Below are positions 38,218 to 50,885 of a DNA stretch of 64,000 nucleotides, piece after piece. The notes beneath the pieces were generated by a model. That model was not told the DNA's origin. It did not search any database and worked only from the letters and a program-made list of their open reading frames with translations. The translations under genes and the position numbers were made by a program. The DNA comes from Phoronis australis (Eukaryota; Animalia; Phoronida). The stretch is from the NCBI GenBank assembly GCA_002633005.1, contig NMRA01000312.1:62001-126000 (forward strand), written 5' to 3'. The stretch's first letter is position 1. Every line of letters starts with the position of its first letter.

Positions 38218-39206
38218 TTGTTAATGAATTTGTTGGACTTGAAACAAGTATCCAAATCAGGTGTTCCCGTGGGGCCAGTAGGCTTCTTTTTCGGTGGTTC
38301 GCTAGTAGTGGATGCAGTACTGTTTTCACTGCCAGTCGTCGTCGTCGTCGGGGCAACGGTGGTAGTAACTTCTGATTCTACTTCCAGGGGTAGGCTGCAG
38401 TTGAACGAGTGATTGGTCATGGTCGGGACAAAGTTTATACCGACGTAGATGGTGAACCGTGTCCTGGGCAAAGTGAGAAAGATATCATCTCCCGTGATAC
38501 TTGCTCTTGTTGTGGCAAGATTTTCTGCTGGATTTTGCCCTGGGGTGGCAGTGGATGTGGCTTCGGCCGTCGTCGTCAAGGGTGTAGTGCTTGATGCAGC
38601 TCTTGTTGTCCAATACTCATTTGTGATGTTCATGCTTGATATGCTGATGTTACGCTTTGGAGGTTTTGTGAAAGGTGACATGGTTGTGAAGCCTGTCGGC
38701 GACTGCGGGTCACGGGTCATAGGTCGACCCGTCGTAGGTCCAATTTTTGTCGTAGACGATGCAGTTGTAGTCCGCCATGACGGAGCCTGTGTCGTAGTTG
38801 GGATATTAAAAGTACTGCTGTATGTGCTTGAGAAGTAAGAGATGGTCGTTACAGGGCCAGTAGTGGTCGTAGTATAGTTTGTTACCGTTGAATTCGATGC
38901 CGTCTCATTCGTGTCATTTCGTGGTGGCAATGTTTGGAGCACATTTATATGCAGAGAACTTTTCCCTGGAATCATGATCTTGTGTATAACCATGCCGTCA
39001 CCATCCCGGGTGTAATCAATGACGGGATCCAGTGTCACGGATGACGCATCTCTAGTGATGACGATGTGGGTGGGGTCAGTCGTGTTTTCAGCCTCAACAG
39101 AGCTGCCTGTATCGTCAGTCACACTCAACATCACAACGTTACCGTCTACGTCCAACGTCTCGTTACCCTGCTGGCCGGGGAACGGGCTCTTCTTAGCACG
39201 CACAAC
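38218..39206 (-). CDS. PKD1-like exon (GAIN region with mucin-like Thr-rich inserts)
   Basis: KSPF...GNVVMLSV...PTHIVITR, then a long T/S/P tract, then FTIYVGINFVPTMTNHSFNCSLP. Confidence 0.9.
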
Positions 39207-39285
39207 CTACATCAAAAAGATTTTTCTTACATAAAAAGAAGAATTCTCATGCAGATGCAATATGATTTATATCATAGCCAAATTT

Positions 39286-39432
39286 ATACAAAATATCACC
39301 ACTATAGGATACAATATGTATACAAAATATCACCACATGACTATAGGATACAATATGTATACAAAATATCACCACTACAGGATACAATATGTATACAAAA
39401 TATCACCACTATAGGATACAATATGTATACAA
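39286..39432. repeat. ~34-bp minisatellite x~4
   Basis: Unit TATACAAAATATCACCACTATAGGATACAATATG. Confidence 0.95.
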
Positions 39433-40523
39433 ACTATAACCAATAAAGGATTCAATATGTTGGAAATAGGAAATTTCATTCTAATTGCCTTAGTGTGTGC
39501 CTCCAGATTTGCGCTACCGTTTTGAAGTTTATCAATAACACCAGACAGAATTTTGAAAAACTGGGGATTCACAACTACGTGATATGACCTAGAAAAAATT
39601 ATTTTAGTTTGAAATCAGTGAGAATTTATCGTAAGGCTTCGACTACAAACATTGAAGCTCCTGACGTAATTCAAGATAATGGAGAGTAGTTTCAAATGAC
39701 CAGTCAGAACAGTTTGCTTTGACACTGAAAGGTGAAGCAGTGACCCACCCAATGCCTCTGAAATAGAAAACTGTTCACTCTGTCTAACAGATAGAAATTA
39801 CCAAGTAACTGCAACATATAGAGGGCACTCGGACATAGAACAGTCTGCTAAAATATTTTACATTGTGCAGGTACAGGGTGACCATGAAATAAACCCACAC
39901 ATTGCTAAGATTAACACTGAATGGAAAGACCATACACAGACTGATTGAAGTATAAATCAACCAAATTTGAAAAAAATCAATGGATTTAATAATGTGCTGA
40001 TCATTTGGTTTAGGGCTTTTTAAGTCAATGTGTATGGGAACATTGTTGAAAAATTTCAGACTGGAGTAATAACCAATCATGCGCAGACAATACTACTTAG
40101 ACAGACTGTTGTCTGAATTTATTACATATTTAAAGGAGAATGCCACCTAAAAACAACCTATTTTGTATCAATTTAGATCGAGGAGTTCCACTCAATAACA
40201 GCAAGCTCAGTTGTTTTACCTGACACTTGACGGGAGACGGAGGTGTTGAAACTAACCAATGACGTAATCGGTTCGAACGCAGTCTGTTGCTCGTCTGTTC
40301 AGCCGTTCACAACACGCTTACTGGTGTCAACTTATCACTTGAATTCATCGTTTTACACCAATAAATCATCAAAATTCGATGTAAAACCCTTACAAATACA
40401 TCAAGTTCTTGAACAAACGCGTTGTTTTATTTCACTGTTATGGATTTATAAGTATTTGAACATACCGTAGCCGACAGAGTTCGGTAGGCCAATTTACCAT
40501 AAACGTCAACATGGCAACTCGCA

Positions 40524-40660
40524 ATGGCCGACTTAGACGACAGCTCATCTGATGAAGACTTTACAGGTGGATCGTTAGGTTTTGCAGGCTATCAGTTCGA
40601 ACCGCAATACACTGATCAAGAAATACTAGAGAGGCGCCATGAGCATACACAGGCAACGGA
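40524..40660 (+). pseudogene. N-terminal fragment of a transposon accessory ORF (acidic leader and YQFEP motif)
   Basis: MADLDDSSSDEDF...GYQFEPQYTDQEILERR, after which the frame runs into the antisense of the THAP ORF. Confidence 0.5.
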
Positions 40661-40903
40661 ACATACGAATAGTTCTTTGATAAGCTGGCAATCATCAGAG
40701 AAATCACAGTCGACGAAATATCGGCCACAGACACGGAGATGTTTCGCGGCCTCATACTTGCTAATAACAGCGTACTTTTCATTCTTCACTACTGCGAGCC
40801 ACTTCCTAAGCAATTTGGGTTCTCGAGGAAGTCGAAAAAACGACATACCTGTTTTCCTCACAGCTCCATAGTTCGGGCAAGCAGGAATGACACATCGCAA
40901 TAT
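40640..40903 (-). pseudogene. degenerate THAP zinc-finger domain
   Basis: CVIPAC.N...SFFRLP.EP.L.RKWL...LRVCGRYF..CDF. The C2CH His is replaced by Tyr, there is no ATG and no catalytic domain follows. Confidence 0.85.
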
Positions 40904-42118
40904 AGCGGAATTCACTCTGCAGATGAACCACTGACGTCATAACGTGGAGTTGTCATGAGTACTCGATTAGGACCTCAGGGGTCTCACGCTCCACCGGCTT
41001 ATCTACACTAATTTTAAAAGGCTTTGTCCAGTCACGCGTAGTGGCCTATTGCATTCATATACAAGGGAGTAGGACATTCTAACTGACCACAATGGTCAAC
41101 AAAGCTGCATAATACTACCCTGGCTTCTCAGAGCATTTGATATTCACAGAACATTCGAAATGAGTGGAGGGCACACTAATAAATGCTCTGGAGGGGCCCT
41201 TAAATCCAGTAAGGTCATAAGCTGTTGAGCAGAAAAAACACTGCTTTTCAAACAAATTTCCAAACACAGTACAGCACTTTCAAACATGATTAAGTGCCAA
41301 AAATACTGGAATTGATACCTGGGCCCTAGCTGTCATTGATCTTTTTAAAGGAAATGGAACTTGAAATTACGTTTGGAATTTTGTACTCTACTTTTGTGCG
41401 AACAGGTGCCTATTATCCTATGCTCCTATACATAATGACTTACGTGGATATTTTATTAGTGATAGTTTACAGTTGATAAGCCCAACAACAATCCAGCACA
41501 ATAAACTGGTATGTTGTGAAATCCATTCTAGTTACTTCAAGAAAAATAAGCAGAGCTTGGAATGAGCAATAACAAAAACAAAAACAGAGAATTTTCCAGC
41601 TGATGTATTATACACAAAAAATAGGTTTGTATGATAGACATTTTTGGCTGTAAGATTTACCTGAACTAAACATTTAATAAAGTCGAAAAATTGATAAAAT
41701 GAGGAAACTGGAAATCAAATAAGAGGAAATCGACACCAAAAAAGAATTCCTCTTAAAGGATGAAAATCTCAAGCCCTGATCAAGTCTGTATTCTCCAGGC
41801 TTCAACGTGTACATAAATGCAACTGTCAAGCAATATTTACGTACTTGAAATTGTCAAGGCGAGCTCTCTGAAATGTAAACAATCACTGTTTTGGTGGTGT
41901 GATTTTAAAACTTATGGTGCTGGTGACCTTGTGCATGTGCAGTGGTGTACCACAACTTACACTCATGTAGTCAGAAGGTCACATCACTGTTTGGAAGGGC
42001 AACATTTTGAGAGGGATCGTTGAGTGTTGCTTAATGCTCAGGACTCAGGAGTTTTAAAATTATGAAGAAATGATATTTCTCTTTATGTTATTTGTACACT
42101 CATATTTCTGTACCTTAT

Positions 42119-42234
42119 CAGTCATAATAAATGACCTTATATCGCCTATCGCGGTCTCCTTTGTATCTCTGGAAACGGAGCTTGCGACGCACCTATTATT
42201 TTCGGGACGTATTCCGAACATAAATGGAAGTTTT
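42119..42234 (+). repeat. dispersed repeat fragment (second copy ~61101-61223)
   Basis: Shared AGTCATAATAAATGACCTTATATCGCCTA, GAGCTTGCGACGCAC and TTCGGGAC. Confidence 0.75.
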
Positions 42235-42837
42235 GGGAAGCAGTTGAATGAATTAGAAACCAACGATGAAAACATGAAAAGAAACCAAACCCCAAAAAAC
42301 TCTTTAATGGGTGGTTTGAAAAAGAGAAGATAAAAGTAGTGCACTATAGCAAGGGGGTTGGGGGGATCTATAGAAAACAAGGAAATAAAACATAAACAAA
42401 ATTGTTTATGTAAAGAAATGAGAACAAGGTAACAAAGACATGGCTGCAGAATGCTGTCTCCACCTCTTATTAATAAAACTTAAATGGTAATTTAAAACAA
42501 TGGCTTGACATTATTTCATTTGAGAACACCATTTGAAAAATTCTGGATCAGCCACTGGCATTGAAAATCCCAGAGTACCAATTCAATCCGACAACATTGG
42601 ACATGTTACAGTAAATCTACTTTAATTTTTACATAGAACAAAAAACATTGAAGGCACCATGGCAGATTCGTGGAGATGTTTTTTTTTTACAAAGAAACAA
42701 TGTTTCTCTGACTTTAGATGTGGTACAAGTACATAGTCTGTAATTTCATGAACACACAATCCCATGTAAACAAGGTATACTTTATTAATACAGCCAACAG
42801 CATCATGCGAGCATAAGTGATGATAAAAAATACTTAC

Positions 42838-43045
42838 GTTTTTCTTCACCAGGTCCAAGTCCCGAGCCCAACATAGTCAACTGGCTCAGCCTCTCATGAA
42901 TCACGGCTCGACGAGCTGGTCAAACTCAGACAGCCGTCCAGGAAAACTGGCGTGAATTCACGGCGCTGTCATTTACTACCCGCACAGTTGCTTCCGCCCA
43001 ATGGCCGTTTTCGTCAACTACTTGCATTTTCTGTCCATCTTCCAT
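42838..43045 (-). pseudogene. frameshifted Tudor/chromo-barrel-like first exon inside the Kolobok element
   Basis: MEDGQKMQVVDENGHWAEATVRVVNDSAV, then a frameshift to IHASFPGRLSEFDQLVEP*; followed by a GTAAGT donor. Confidence 0.4.
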
Positions 43046-43763
43046 TTTGAAATGGCTACTTTTGAGTTTAGAGCAAAAACAACCACACAGCCATCCTCAC
43101 GTGTTGTACCGGACTCACTACTCACCACCATGCGCGAGTTATGTCCTTATAGACATGTTCACCAAAATGAATTGCTGTTTTACTGCTAAAATATAGCGTA
43201 CGATTTTACTTATATTTCGATAATTTAACAATGTCATGCAAACAGTTTAAAAATGACAATTATTAGTCGATTTTGATGTCTTCCTTTGTTGACAGTGAAA
43301 CGGCATTACTGCGTAGTAATCTTTTGTGACGATTCTCCAGTGTGCAGGGATAGCCTGGACTTAAAGTGAAATATCTCGGCCAAAACTTCATCGATTTTTG
43401 TGACAGAAAAACACTTGTTTTCAGAATTTTACGAGGAATTTGTAATTTGAATTTGTAAATGTAACCGACCAAATAGATCTGTCGACTACAGATCTACCCT
43501 GTGGTTTTTCTCTTGATCCCAGACCGTCCCGAGTTGTTCCAGCAGCCAACTCAGGATGGTCTCTCACGAGGTTTTAGCATTATAGTCGCTGCATCGTTTC
43601 TCACCTTCCTTACAGGTTAACGCGACACCTCTCGGCAAGGTAAGGTCGTCCGTGTGCGAGGCGATGTGGATATAGACTGATTAAGACTGTAAAGAACACT
43701 AATTAAATCGGGTGGCATTCTCCTTTAAGAGTCCTGACCATGGACCATTCATAAATTACTTAC

Positions 43764-43861
43764 GGCTGCTGTGACTGATGAGGCAGTGTCATTTCCTGTC
43801 CCATACATGTCAGTCGCTGTTGGCATGGTGATACCAGAACCACCCTTAGCGTCTAACGATC
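43764..43861 (-). CDS. PKD1-like exon
   Basis: GSLDAKGGSGITMPTATDMYGTGNDTASSVTAA; phases 1/0. Confidence 0.85.
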
Positions 43862-44821
43862 CTGTGGTTGAGAAAGAAAAAGTCATTGGACAGTGTTATG
43901 ACAATGAGTCATTGCGACGTTTTTTCATGCAAAGTGTTGGCAGCGATAGTGCTGGACTGGCAGCAACATTGCTGTTTGCGATGTAAGCAGACAACCTGAC
44001 TATTCCAACTAAAAGCTGGAGAATGTTTACTTTTCTTTTTTGAATGCCCAGTAAATTTAGCATAGATAATTTTTTCAACATTTTCAGTAGATTTATATAA
44101 TAATGGAATTACTAATTTAAAAACAGGTGTGGTTCCACAAAGCAGAAGACAAACTGAATGTTGATGCTGAGAGCAAGTTCCGAAATGTTAACCAGTCCAA
44201 ATGGACAATATTCCATTGCTTATCACAATGGCCAAGACATCCACAGATTTGCAGTCCCAGCCCCGTTACACAGCAATATTCTTTTTGCATGAGCACTGAT
44301 GCCAGAAAAAGACAACATAAGTTTCTAATAGTGTTTCAACCTGTCAGACACACAGAGTTTGCATTATGTGATTGGGTAACATCATCACACTTCACGCTTT
44401 TAGAAGAATTGTTAAATATCACAAGCCTTCATAAAACCGACTAAAAACATTCAAAATACATTTCAGATTTTATTTAATAATTGAAAACAAATTGCTAAAC
44501 TGGCCAAAAATGTCTTCAAAACATTCTCCTTTGACAAGTTTGGTCTATAGCAGGTGAAATATTAATTTTTGTCCCTTCTTTCCAAACCTTAAGAACACTA
44601 ACTTCGTAGTAAAGAACATGAATAAGGATCAAGCGTGGTGTTTTTCATAATCAAAATCATCCTGTGATTAAGAAATGTCATGGAGCTTTGTTTTACACTT
44701 GACAATGCTTTACTTACAGATATTCAATTTTTTTTTATATGTTTTTTTTTGTCGTCATACCTTCTACTGAAGCTGCTTTTATCAACCCATACAAACATTA
44801 TAACACCCATCTACATCATAC

Positions 44822-44981
44822 CTCCAGCCAAACTATCAGGGAACCTCTTGTCTGTTATTAAGTCCAATCCATTGGCAGAGATGACGGACGGTTGTTCACC
44901 TTCCACCTTTTTGCCAGAGACAAAACCACTCAGTGACTGAGTCTGCGCCATCAGTTTGTCACGCAGGAACTGATCTTTAGT
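44822..44981 (-). CDS. PKD1-like exon
   Basis: TKDQFLRDKLMAQTQSLSGFVSGKKVEGEQPSVISANGLDL. Confidence 0.85.
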
Positions 44982-47369
44982 CTGCAACAAGAAAAAATAG
45001 CATTCCCAAAAAAATTTCGAGGTGACTTCAAAAATCATTTGTAAGACACCTACAGAGAGAAATCATGGCGAGTACCAAAGAAAGAGTGAGTATGTACCAT
45101 TTGCTGATCTATAATTCACACAATGGCATAGCCATGCAATCGCTTTCAGTAGTGGCAATTTTGCTAATCCACAATTATTCAACACAATGACATAGCAACT
45201 CAACCCCTTTCAGTGGCAGCAAGTTTGCTGATGTGAGCTTGAAGGAACATGAGCTCACTTGTTTAACACTTATTGTGAGACCTTACGTGATCTCGCCAAA
45301 CTTGCTAGATACAGGCTTCATTGAACCCACTTCTGTACAGCACTTTAATAGATTTTATTTTGAGTTCTCCTACACAAACCATAATTAAGGTCCTTATCAC
45401 AAAGGGTTAATCTAGTTCAAAAACTTGAAAATATATATCAAATTAAGTAAGATATAACATGGTACAATGTTTACTTCTTTTCTGTTATTAAACTAAAACC
45501 CTTTTTGAGCACAAATTTGTACCTTGGCCGATATCAGAAAATCATCGACTATTCCTGTCTATTTCCATGACCTCAACTACTTGGCATCAGATAAGGAAAG
45601 ATTTCTGAATGACGGCCATGTTTGTCCTTGAAAACGTATTGATATTACCGTGAGGGTATCAGCTTTATTTTTTGATTGTTTTTTATTCTCCTTTTAGTTG
45701 TTATTAAATCAAATCTGATTATCTGTTATCCAAATTTTATCATTCTGTTCTTTGCATATGACAAATTGTGAATACGTCGCATCCCCCGCAGCCAACACTA
45801 TTGAGATGTGATGACTCATCGCGAGGGCACATCAAATTTCAGCAACAATACCCGTTCTGGTAATAAATTAGAGGAAAAAACGTTTCTGAAAATAAAATGT
45901 CTTTTCTTTATTGCCATATTATGAAACTGATGCAAAGTACCAGCAATAGCCATGTGATTACAGACAGTGCATTGCGTACAACTTGGCAGCAAATCAGCAC
46001 CGGCTTTACTGGTCGTTAAAAGAAAAAAACATTCACGCACACCGATGCTTGAACAAACAAAAACACTTTTTTATCCCAAAACAGTGTGCTCCTCACCCGA
46101 ATTGCAGTTACGCGCACCTGTGCTTGATTTTTGCTGCCCTGACACAACAACTGGTGAAGTTTCCCCGGCAGTTGCCTGATGTGTCAGTTTGCAAGGGAAA
46201 TAGTCACATGCTGACTTTTAACTTTCAATTATTAGACAAAATCTAATTTAAAATGTGACAAAAGTTTGCCAACAATAACTCCATTGCCTAAAAATAAACA
46301 TTTTGCAGGAGGGAGTGTAGTGAAATGTAGTGTATGAGCGGAATGTTGGCAAAGGGAAAATATTTTAGTGTTAGGAGCATGACGCAGAAGTTTTTGATCT
46401 CTTGATCACACGAATTTCATCTATTCAAAGCCCGCGGAGCTAATTAATGTGTCCATCCTGTGCCGGGCAGCAGTGATGTCCGCGGCCAGGCGGCCGCACC
46501 CTGGTAATGGCTTACACGAATGCTTCAGGCTGAATGAAAATTCTTCGGTTTAATTTAAACTATTTGGCGACATATCAAGTTTTCTTTGTGAAGTTATTTC
46601 TCCACCAGTTATTTTCACAAGTTGTCAGAAAATTCTTACTGTATAGCAATTTTACTCAGTTATTCTGATCTTGCATGCTAATGAATCTCACTTCCGACTT
46701 AGCGACAAATCTAAAATGTCAGAGTATCACTCGACTCCAGTTCGGGACAAGTGAGGGATTTTCATGAATTTTTCGCATATGGATTTCATTAGGATTAATT
46801 GATAGGTACTGATGGATTTGTTGTAAAATGTTCTAACCATCTAATAAGGGTTTAAAACGTGTCCTAACACGTATTTCATTACACGCACATGTAGACTAGA
46901 AGATAGTGATCTTGCTACTTCTTGTTTAAAACCATTGCACATTACAGCCACAGCATGTACACAAATTTCAGACAGCAAGATCTTCTGAGAGTGGTGAGTA
47001 TACTAATTATGTTACTGAACAACTCATTGTAATTGCAGGCTAACTAAGAGTCTGTGACACCACAACCCTTCATTTTGATTGGCTCTTGAGATATGTGCTC
47101 AGGAGATGGCCAGAGAGGACTCTGTTTATGGTCTAATATTTGAATTACATGTAATTGCTTTTTAAAGTACAGACCGAAGATTATAGAATTTTACTAAGCT
47201 TGGTACCACGAGTGATATTGAAAGCCTACTTTCTGAAAATGTAGATCTCATAATCAGATAACCCACTTCATACAGAATAGCCACAATAAGTCATCTTCCA
47301 AGAAACAATCACAGATTTGCCTTTTTATTACAAGTGATTATTTTTAATAACGCTTTGCAAATGGCTCAC

Positions 47370-47467
47370 CTGCGAGGGCCCAGCTGTAGTGGTCACTGGG
47401 TCAGTTGAAACACTGACTTCATTATTGAGAGTGTCCTTTGTATCCGCGATAGCATTGGCCGAGTTTC
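47370..47467 (-). CDS. PKD1-like exon
   Basis: GNSANAIADTKDTLNNEVSVSTDPVTTTAGPSQ; phases 1/0. Confidence 0.8.
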
Positions 47468-48111
47468 CTAAAATGGCGTAAAGTAATAGAGCCAAGTAGA
47501 GTTAGCTTTCTGGGAAACAGGGGGGGGGGGGGNGGGGTATACAAACAGCTGTAGAGCTAAGGGAAACCAGGACAAAACAAGTAGACAAAATTGGAATGTC
47601 ACAATGTTACTTTGTTCTGTTACATGATCCTTTCACACTCCACAGTGCTACACCTCCCAGCACTGGGAATGAGTAAAGGGAAAAAACAAATGTGTCAATT
47701 TTTGAATCCTAGAATTTTTTAGTCAATGTTTCGTATCAAAGGAAGATAAATGTGGACATCGACCAGTAAAAAATGGGAGTTTATTTCATACTCACAGAAC
47801 ATACATCCCACAAACTATGAAAAAACAACTTATTAATCAACAGTCATTCTTTCCATGGTTGATCACAAATAGGCGGAACATATAAGCACCAATCACAACC
47901 AGCATGACAGACAGAGTCAAGACAGCAAACAACAAGTTACAGTGACTGTCATACATTTACTGTTAAACATGGAGCGAATGGCTGTTGAAATCCTTTCCTT
48001 GCAAAATTATTATACTGGCAGTATTCCCAAAATATGTTCTAAAAGAAGACAATAACCTCCTGCAGGCAAATAAAGAGTTTACTACCTCCAAAAGAGATGC
48101 ACACTACTCAC

Positions 48112-48349
48112 CCATCACAGCCATAATGGAGCCAGCAATGGCCTCTGTCTCACTTGACTCTAAGTCTTCAGTGCTTGAGCCTAATACTTCAATGGTTTTG
48201 TCTGTAGCTGCTGAGCCACTCATCTGAGCATCACCAGTCAACTGCTTTGAATCACCCAGTGTTTCAGTCATTGCCGTGGCCAAAGAGGCCACCTGCGAGA
48301 CATCACTGATGGGCACATTCTTGAGCGCAGAAGCCATCTCCGACCGCGC
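48112..48349 (-). CDS. PKD1-like exon (helical GAIN-A-like region)
   Basis: ARSEMASALKNVPISDVSQVASLATAM...AIAGSIMAVM. Confidence 0.88.
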
Positions 48350-48783
48350 CTGAAAATATCCAAATTGAATTAAGATTAAGATGCAAGAAAATCTATAATT
48401 ATTACATACATAATGAGTACTGTTTGGGTCTTGCTTTTAGACTAAAAAATCATATTAACTGGTTGTAGTTTGCCATTGTTTCAAAGTTGAACATTTGAAT
48501 ACTGAACAAACTCTGTGTCCATGTGAATCACTTATGCTGGATTCAACAAACGCAAATTTTTTTAGAAAGTAATAATCCTAAAACCTGCCTCACCTTACAA
48601 GTCGAAAACTGGGAATGCTATCTTGCCTCATTTCAGAATTTTGAAGTCTAATTGTTTCGCCTGACAGAAGCAAAATCAACAAAAAACACGTGATCCAAAA
48701 TGACCACCATGCTAGTTGTGTGACTCAGCTATTGCACAATGTATGCCAACACTAGGTGTCTTAATGGCCATGACAACAGTTAC

Positions 48784-48929
48784 CTGGGTTTGAGCCAGAG
48801 TCTTCCGTGCTTCTTCATCAATAGCACTTTCTGTTGTCGCTGGAGATGCCGTTGTTGGTGAACCAGTTGTTGTCGTGTTTGAGTCATCATCCAGGCGACT
48901 GCCTGTGACCTGTTGTTGCGTCGATCCTC
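48784..48929 (-). CDS. PKD1-like exon (Thr-rich)
   Basis: GSTQQQVTGSRLDDDSNTTTTGSPTTASPATTESAIDEEARKTLAQTQ. Confidence 0.8.
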
Positions 48930-49569
48930 CTGACACAGGAAATAAATAGTGAATGACAAACTATCTTCAACAACTTTTAACCATCTTCGATACCTGCGGA
49001 ATCAACTTTCAATCTACTCAATTTTACCAAGTGTAGTCTTTTATTACCATCAAGAACACTCTTGTTATAAAATTATACAAGCAAGGACTATGTGCTAGTG
49101 CTTTAAGTTGTTGCTATTGGCTTGCACATTCCGTGATAGTCAAAAAATTGGCTTAGACCATGTGATGCATCATTCCAAAGTGTAACCAGCAGGGAAAGAA
49201 TAGACCGTAAAAAAAACCAGTTTAGGGTACAGTATGGAGAACACGTGAACTTTTTTCTCATTCTTTATAAAAGATTTGTAGCATAAAATTAATGGTTTAC
49301 CATTATATGTTCAAGTTCTGTACCTTAGCTATCATCAGAAAATATTTTGAAAAATGTGGACACTCGCAATGATGCTGGAAGATCTTGAAAAATGAAAGAG
49401 GTAATTTTGGCCATTATTTTTGTCCAAAATTGGTGAAATGTTACTGTGCTTTTGAAGAAGATCGACAGAAGAAGAGAGGACATGATTGGAGCAGGACGCA
49501 GAATGTTTGAGGAAAGAAATGGCGAGGGAGAGATGGGTATCTGGTTATCTATTATATGCAATGGCTTAC

Positions 49570-49726
49570 CTAACTGTGCCTTGCTGTTAAGTGTACTACT
49601 AATGGCCATCACAGTACAGGACAGTTTACTGACGTCACCACTAGAGGCCAGGTCCTTCATGTCAGATTCACCCGAGCTAATGGAGTCAACTATCGAATCA
49701 ACAGCAGCCTGTTGCGGTTTGTAAAC
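49570..49726 (-). CDS. PKD1-like exon
   Basis: VYKPQQAAVDSIVDSISSGESDMKDLASSGDVSKLSCTVMAISSTLN; AAG acceptor. Confidence 0.82.
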
Positions 49727-50751
49727 CTTCAATTGAGATCATAATAAAAAACAATGACCAAATAAACATTCCTACAGTCATAAACCTATTAGTATAATAC
49801 GATAGTGAGTAAAAAACGACCTAATATTAGACATTCTGGTACAATGTCCAGTTTTCCTTCCAATTTCCATGCCTCAAAATCATTGCTCTTCATTTGCAGA
49901 CTTAGAAAAACATCCTATGAAACTGACCGAGTTTTTTAAGTGTTGGGCCGCTGATACACTTTGGACCCGAGTCAGGTAACTAGTGAAGGACGTACCTCAT
50001 TGTCTGCATAGTAAATAACTATGCAATCACAGCGAAACTTTTGAATGACAAATGGTAAACTAATAATAGTGAAGTAGTGATTAGCACGACAGCAGACAGT
50101 GTAAATCCGTGGGGCAAGTGCCCCATGCATGCATAGTGTTGTGGTTAAATACTGTGGAATCAAACGGGGCGCTGTAGTTTTGAAAGAAGTGACTATAGCT
50201 GAACCAGAAAAGCAAAACTACTATGCCTCATTGGGTGACGGAGTCAAGACTAGCCCAGCAAACATGTGACCAACAGAATGTGGGTCATAACTAAATGAAA
50301 CTGAACTGCAGCATCAAAGGCTGAGGTGCATATTAGGTGCAAGACATTTGTAATACTTTTGTGCATGGTGACTTACTACGTGATCACACTGACTATCTTT
50401 TCTCATAAGTTTCTTGTGTCTAGTATTGAATATAGACCTGATTAGGATTCAAGGCAAAAACATTTCAAGCAGCTTGAAGTTTGCCTGTGATTTAAATAAT
50501 TATCTGAGTATTCAGCATGCCCTTTGTTACAGAAAACACAACCAAACACCTCAAAGCACGAAGTATAATTTTCCGCAACATTTTTGTTAGCATGCAAAGC
50601 AAAGAAAAACTAAAATGTGTCAAAGTTCGGAGAAGAATCGACCAGCATCTCACAGAGGAAGAAATGGCAAAAAATAGAATTTAATTTAGCAAAATATTTG
50701 TGAGTTCATCTCAAGCTAAAGTGTGAACAGAGCAAACAACACTTTACTTAC

Positions 50752-50885
50752 GAAGACCCCAGCATCTTCGGTAAATGAGGACGACCCGATGTAATCAGTG
50801 GCAATAAAAATAAACTGGATGTAGAAATCATCATCCTCATTACCAGCAGGTAAAATTTTTGGAGTCAGCATGTCACATGTTGATC
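50752..50885 (-). CDS. PKD1-like exon (end of REJ)
   Basis: LPAGNEDDDFYIQFIFIATDYIGSSS; not in the ORF track. Confidence 0.9.

Larger units (their letters stand above)
40134..43724. mobile_element. non-autonomous Kolobok-type DNA transposon in a PKD intron
   Basis: Perfect 14-bp TIRs AGGAGAATGCCACC (40134-40147) / GGTGGCATTCTCCT (43711-43724), TTAA on both sides, and an internal THAP remnant. Confidence 0.82.

Noticed and set aside
17929-39432. Short tandem arrays (26-34 bp units) as possible CRISPR arrays
   Set aside because: The units abut without unique spacers, the context is eukaryotic and there are no cas genes.
40134-43724. piggyBac or P-element assignment, or a host THAP gene
   Set aside because: Termini are AGG rather than CC, the target is TTAA rather than an 8-bp duplication, and the THAP lacks its His ligand and start codon.
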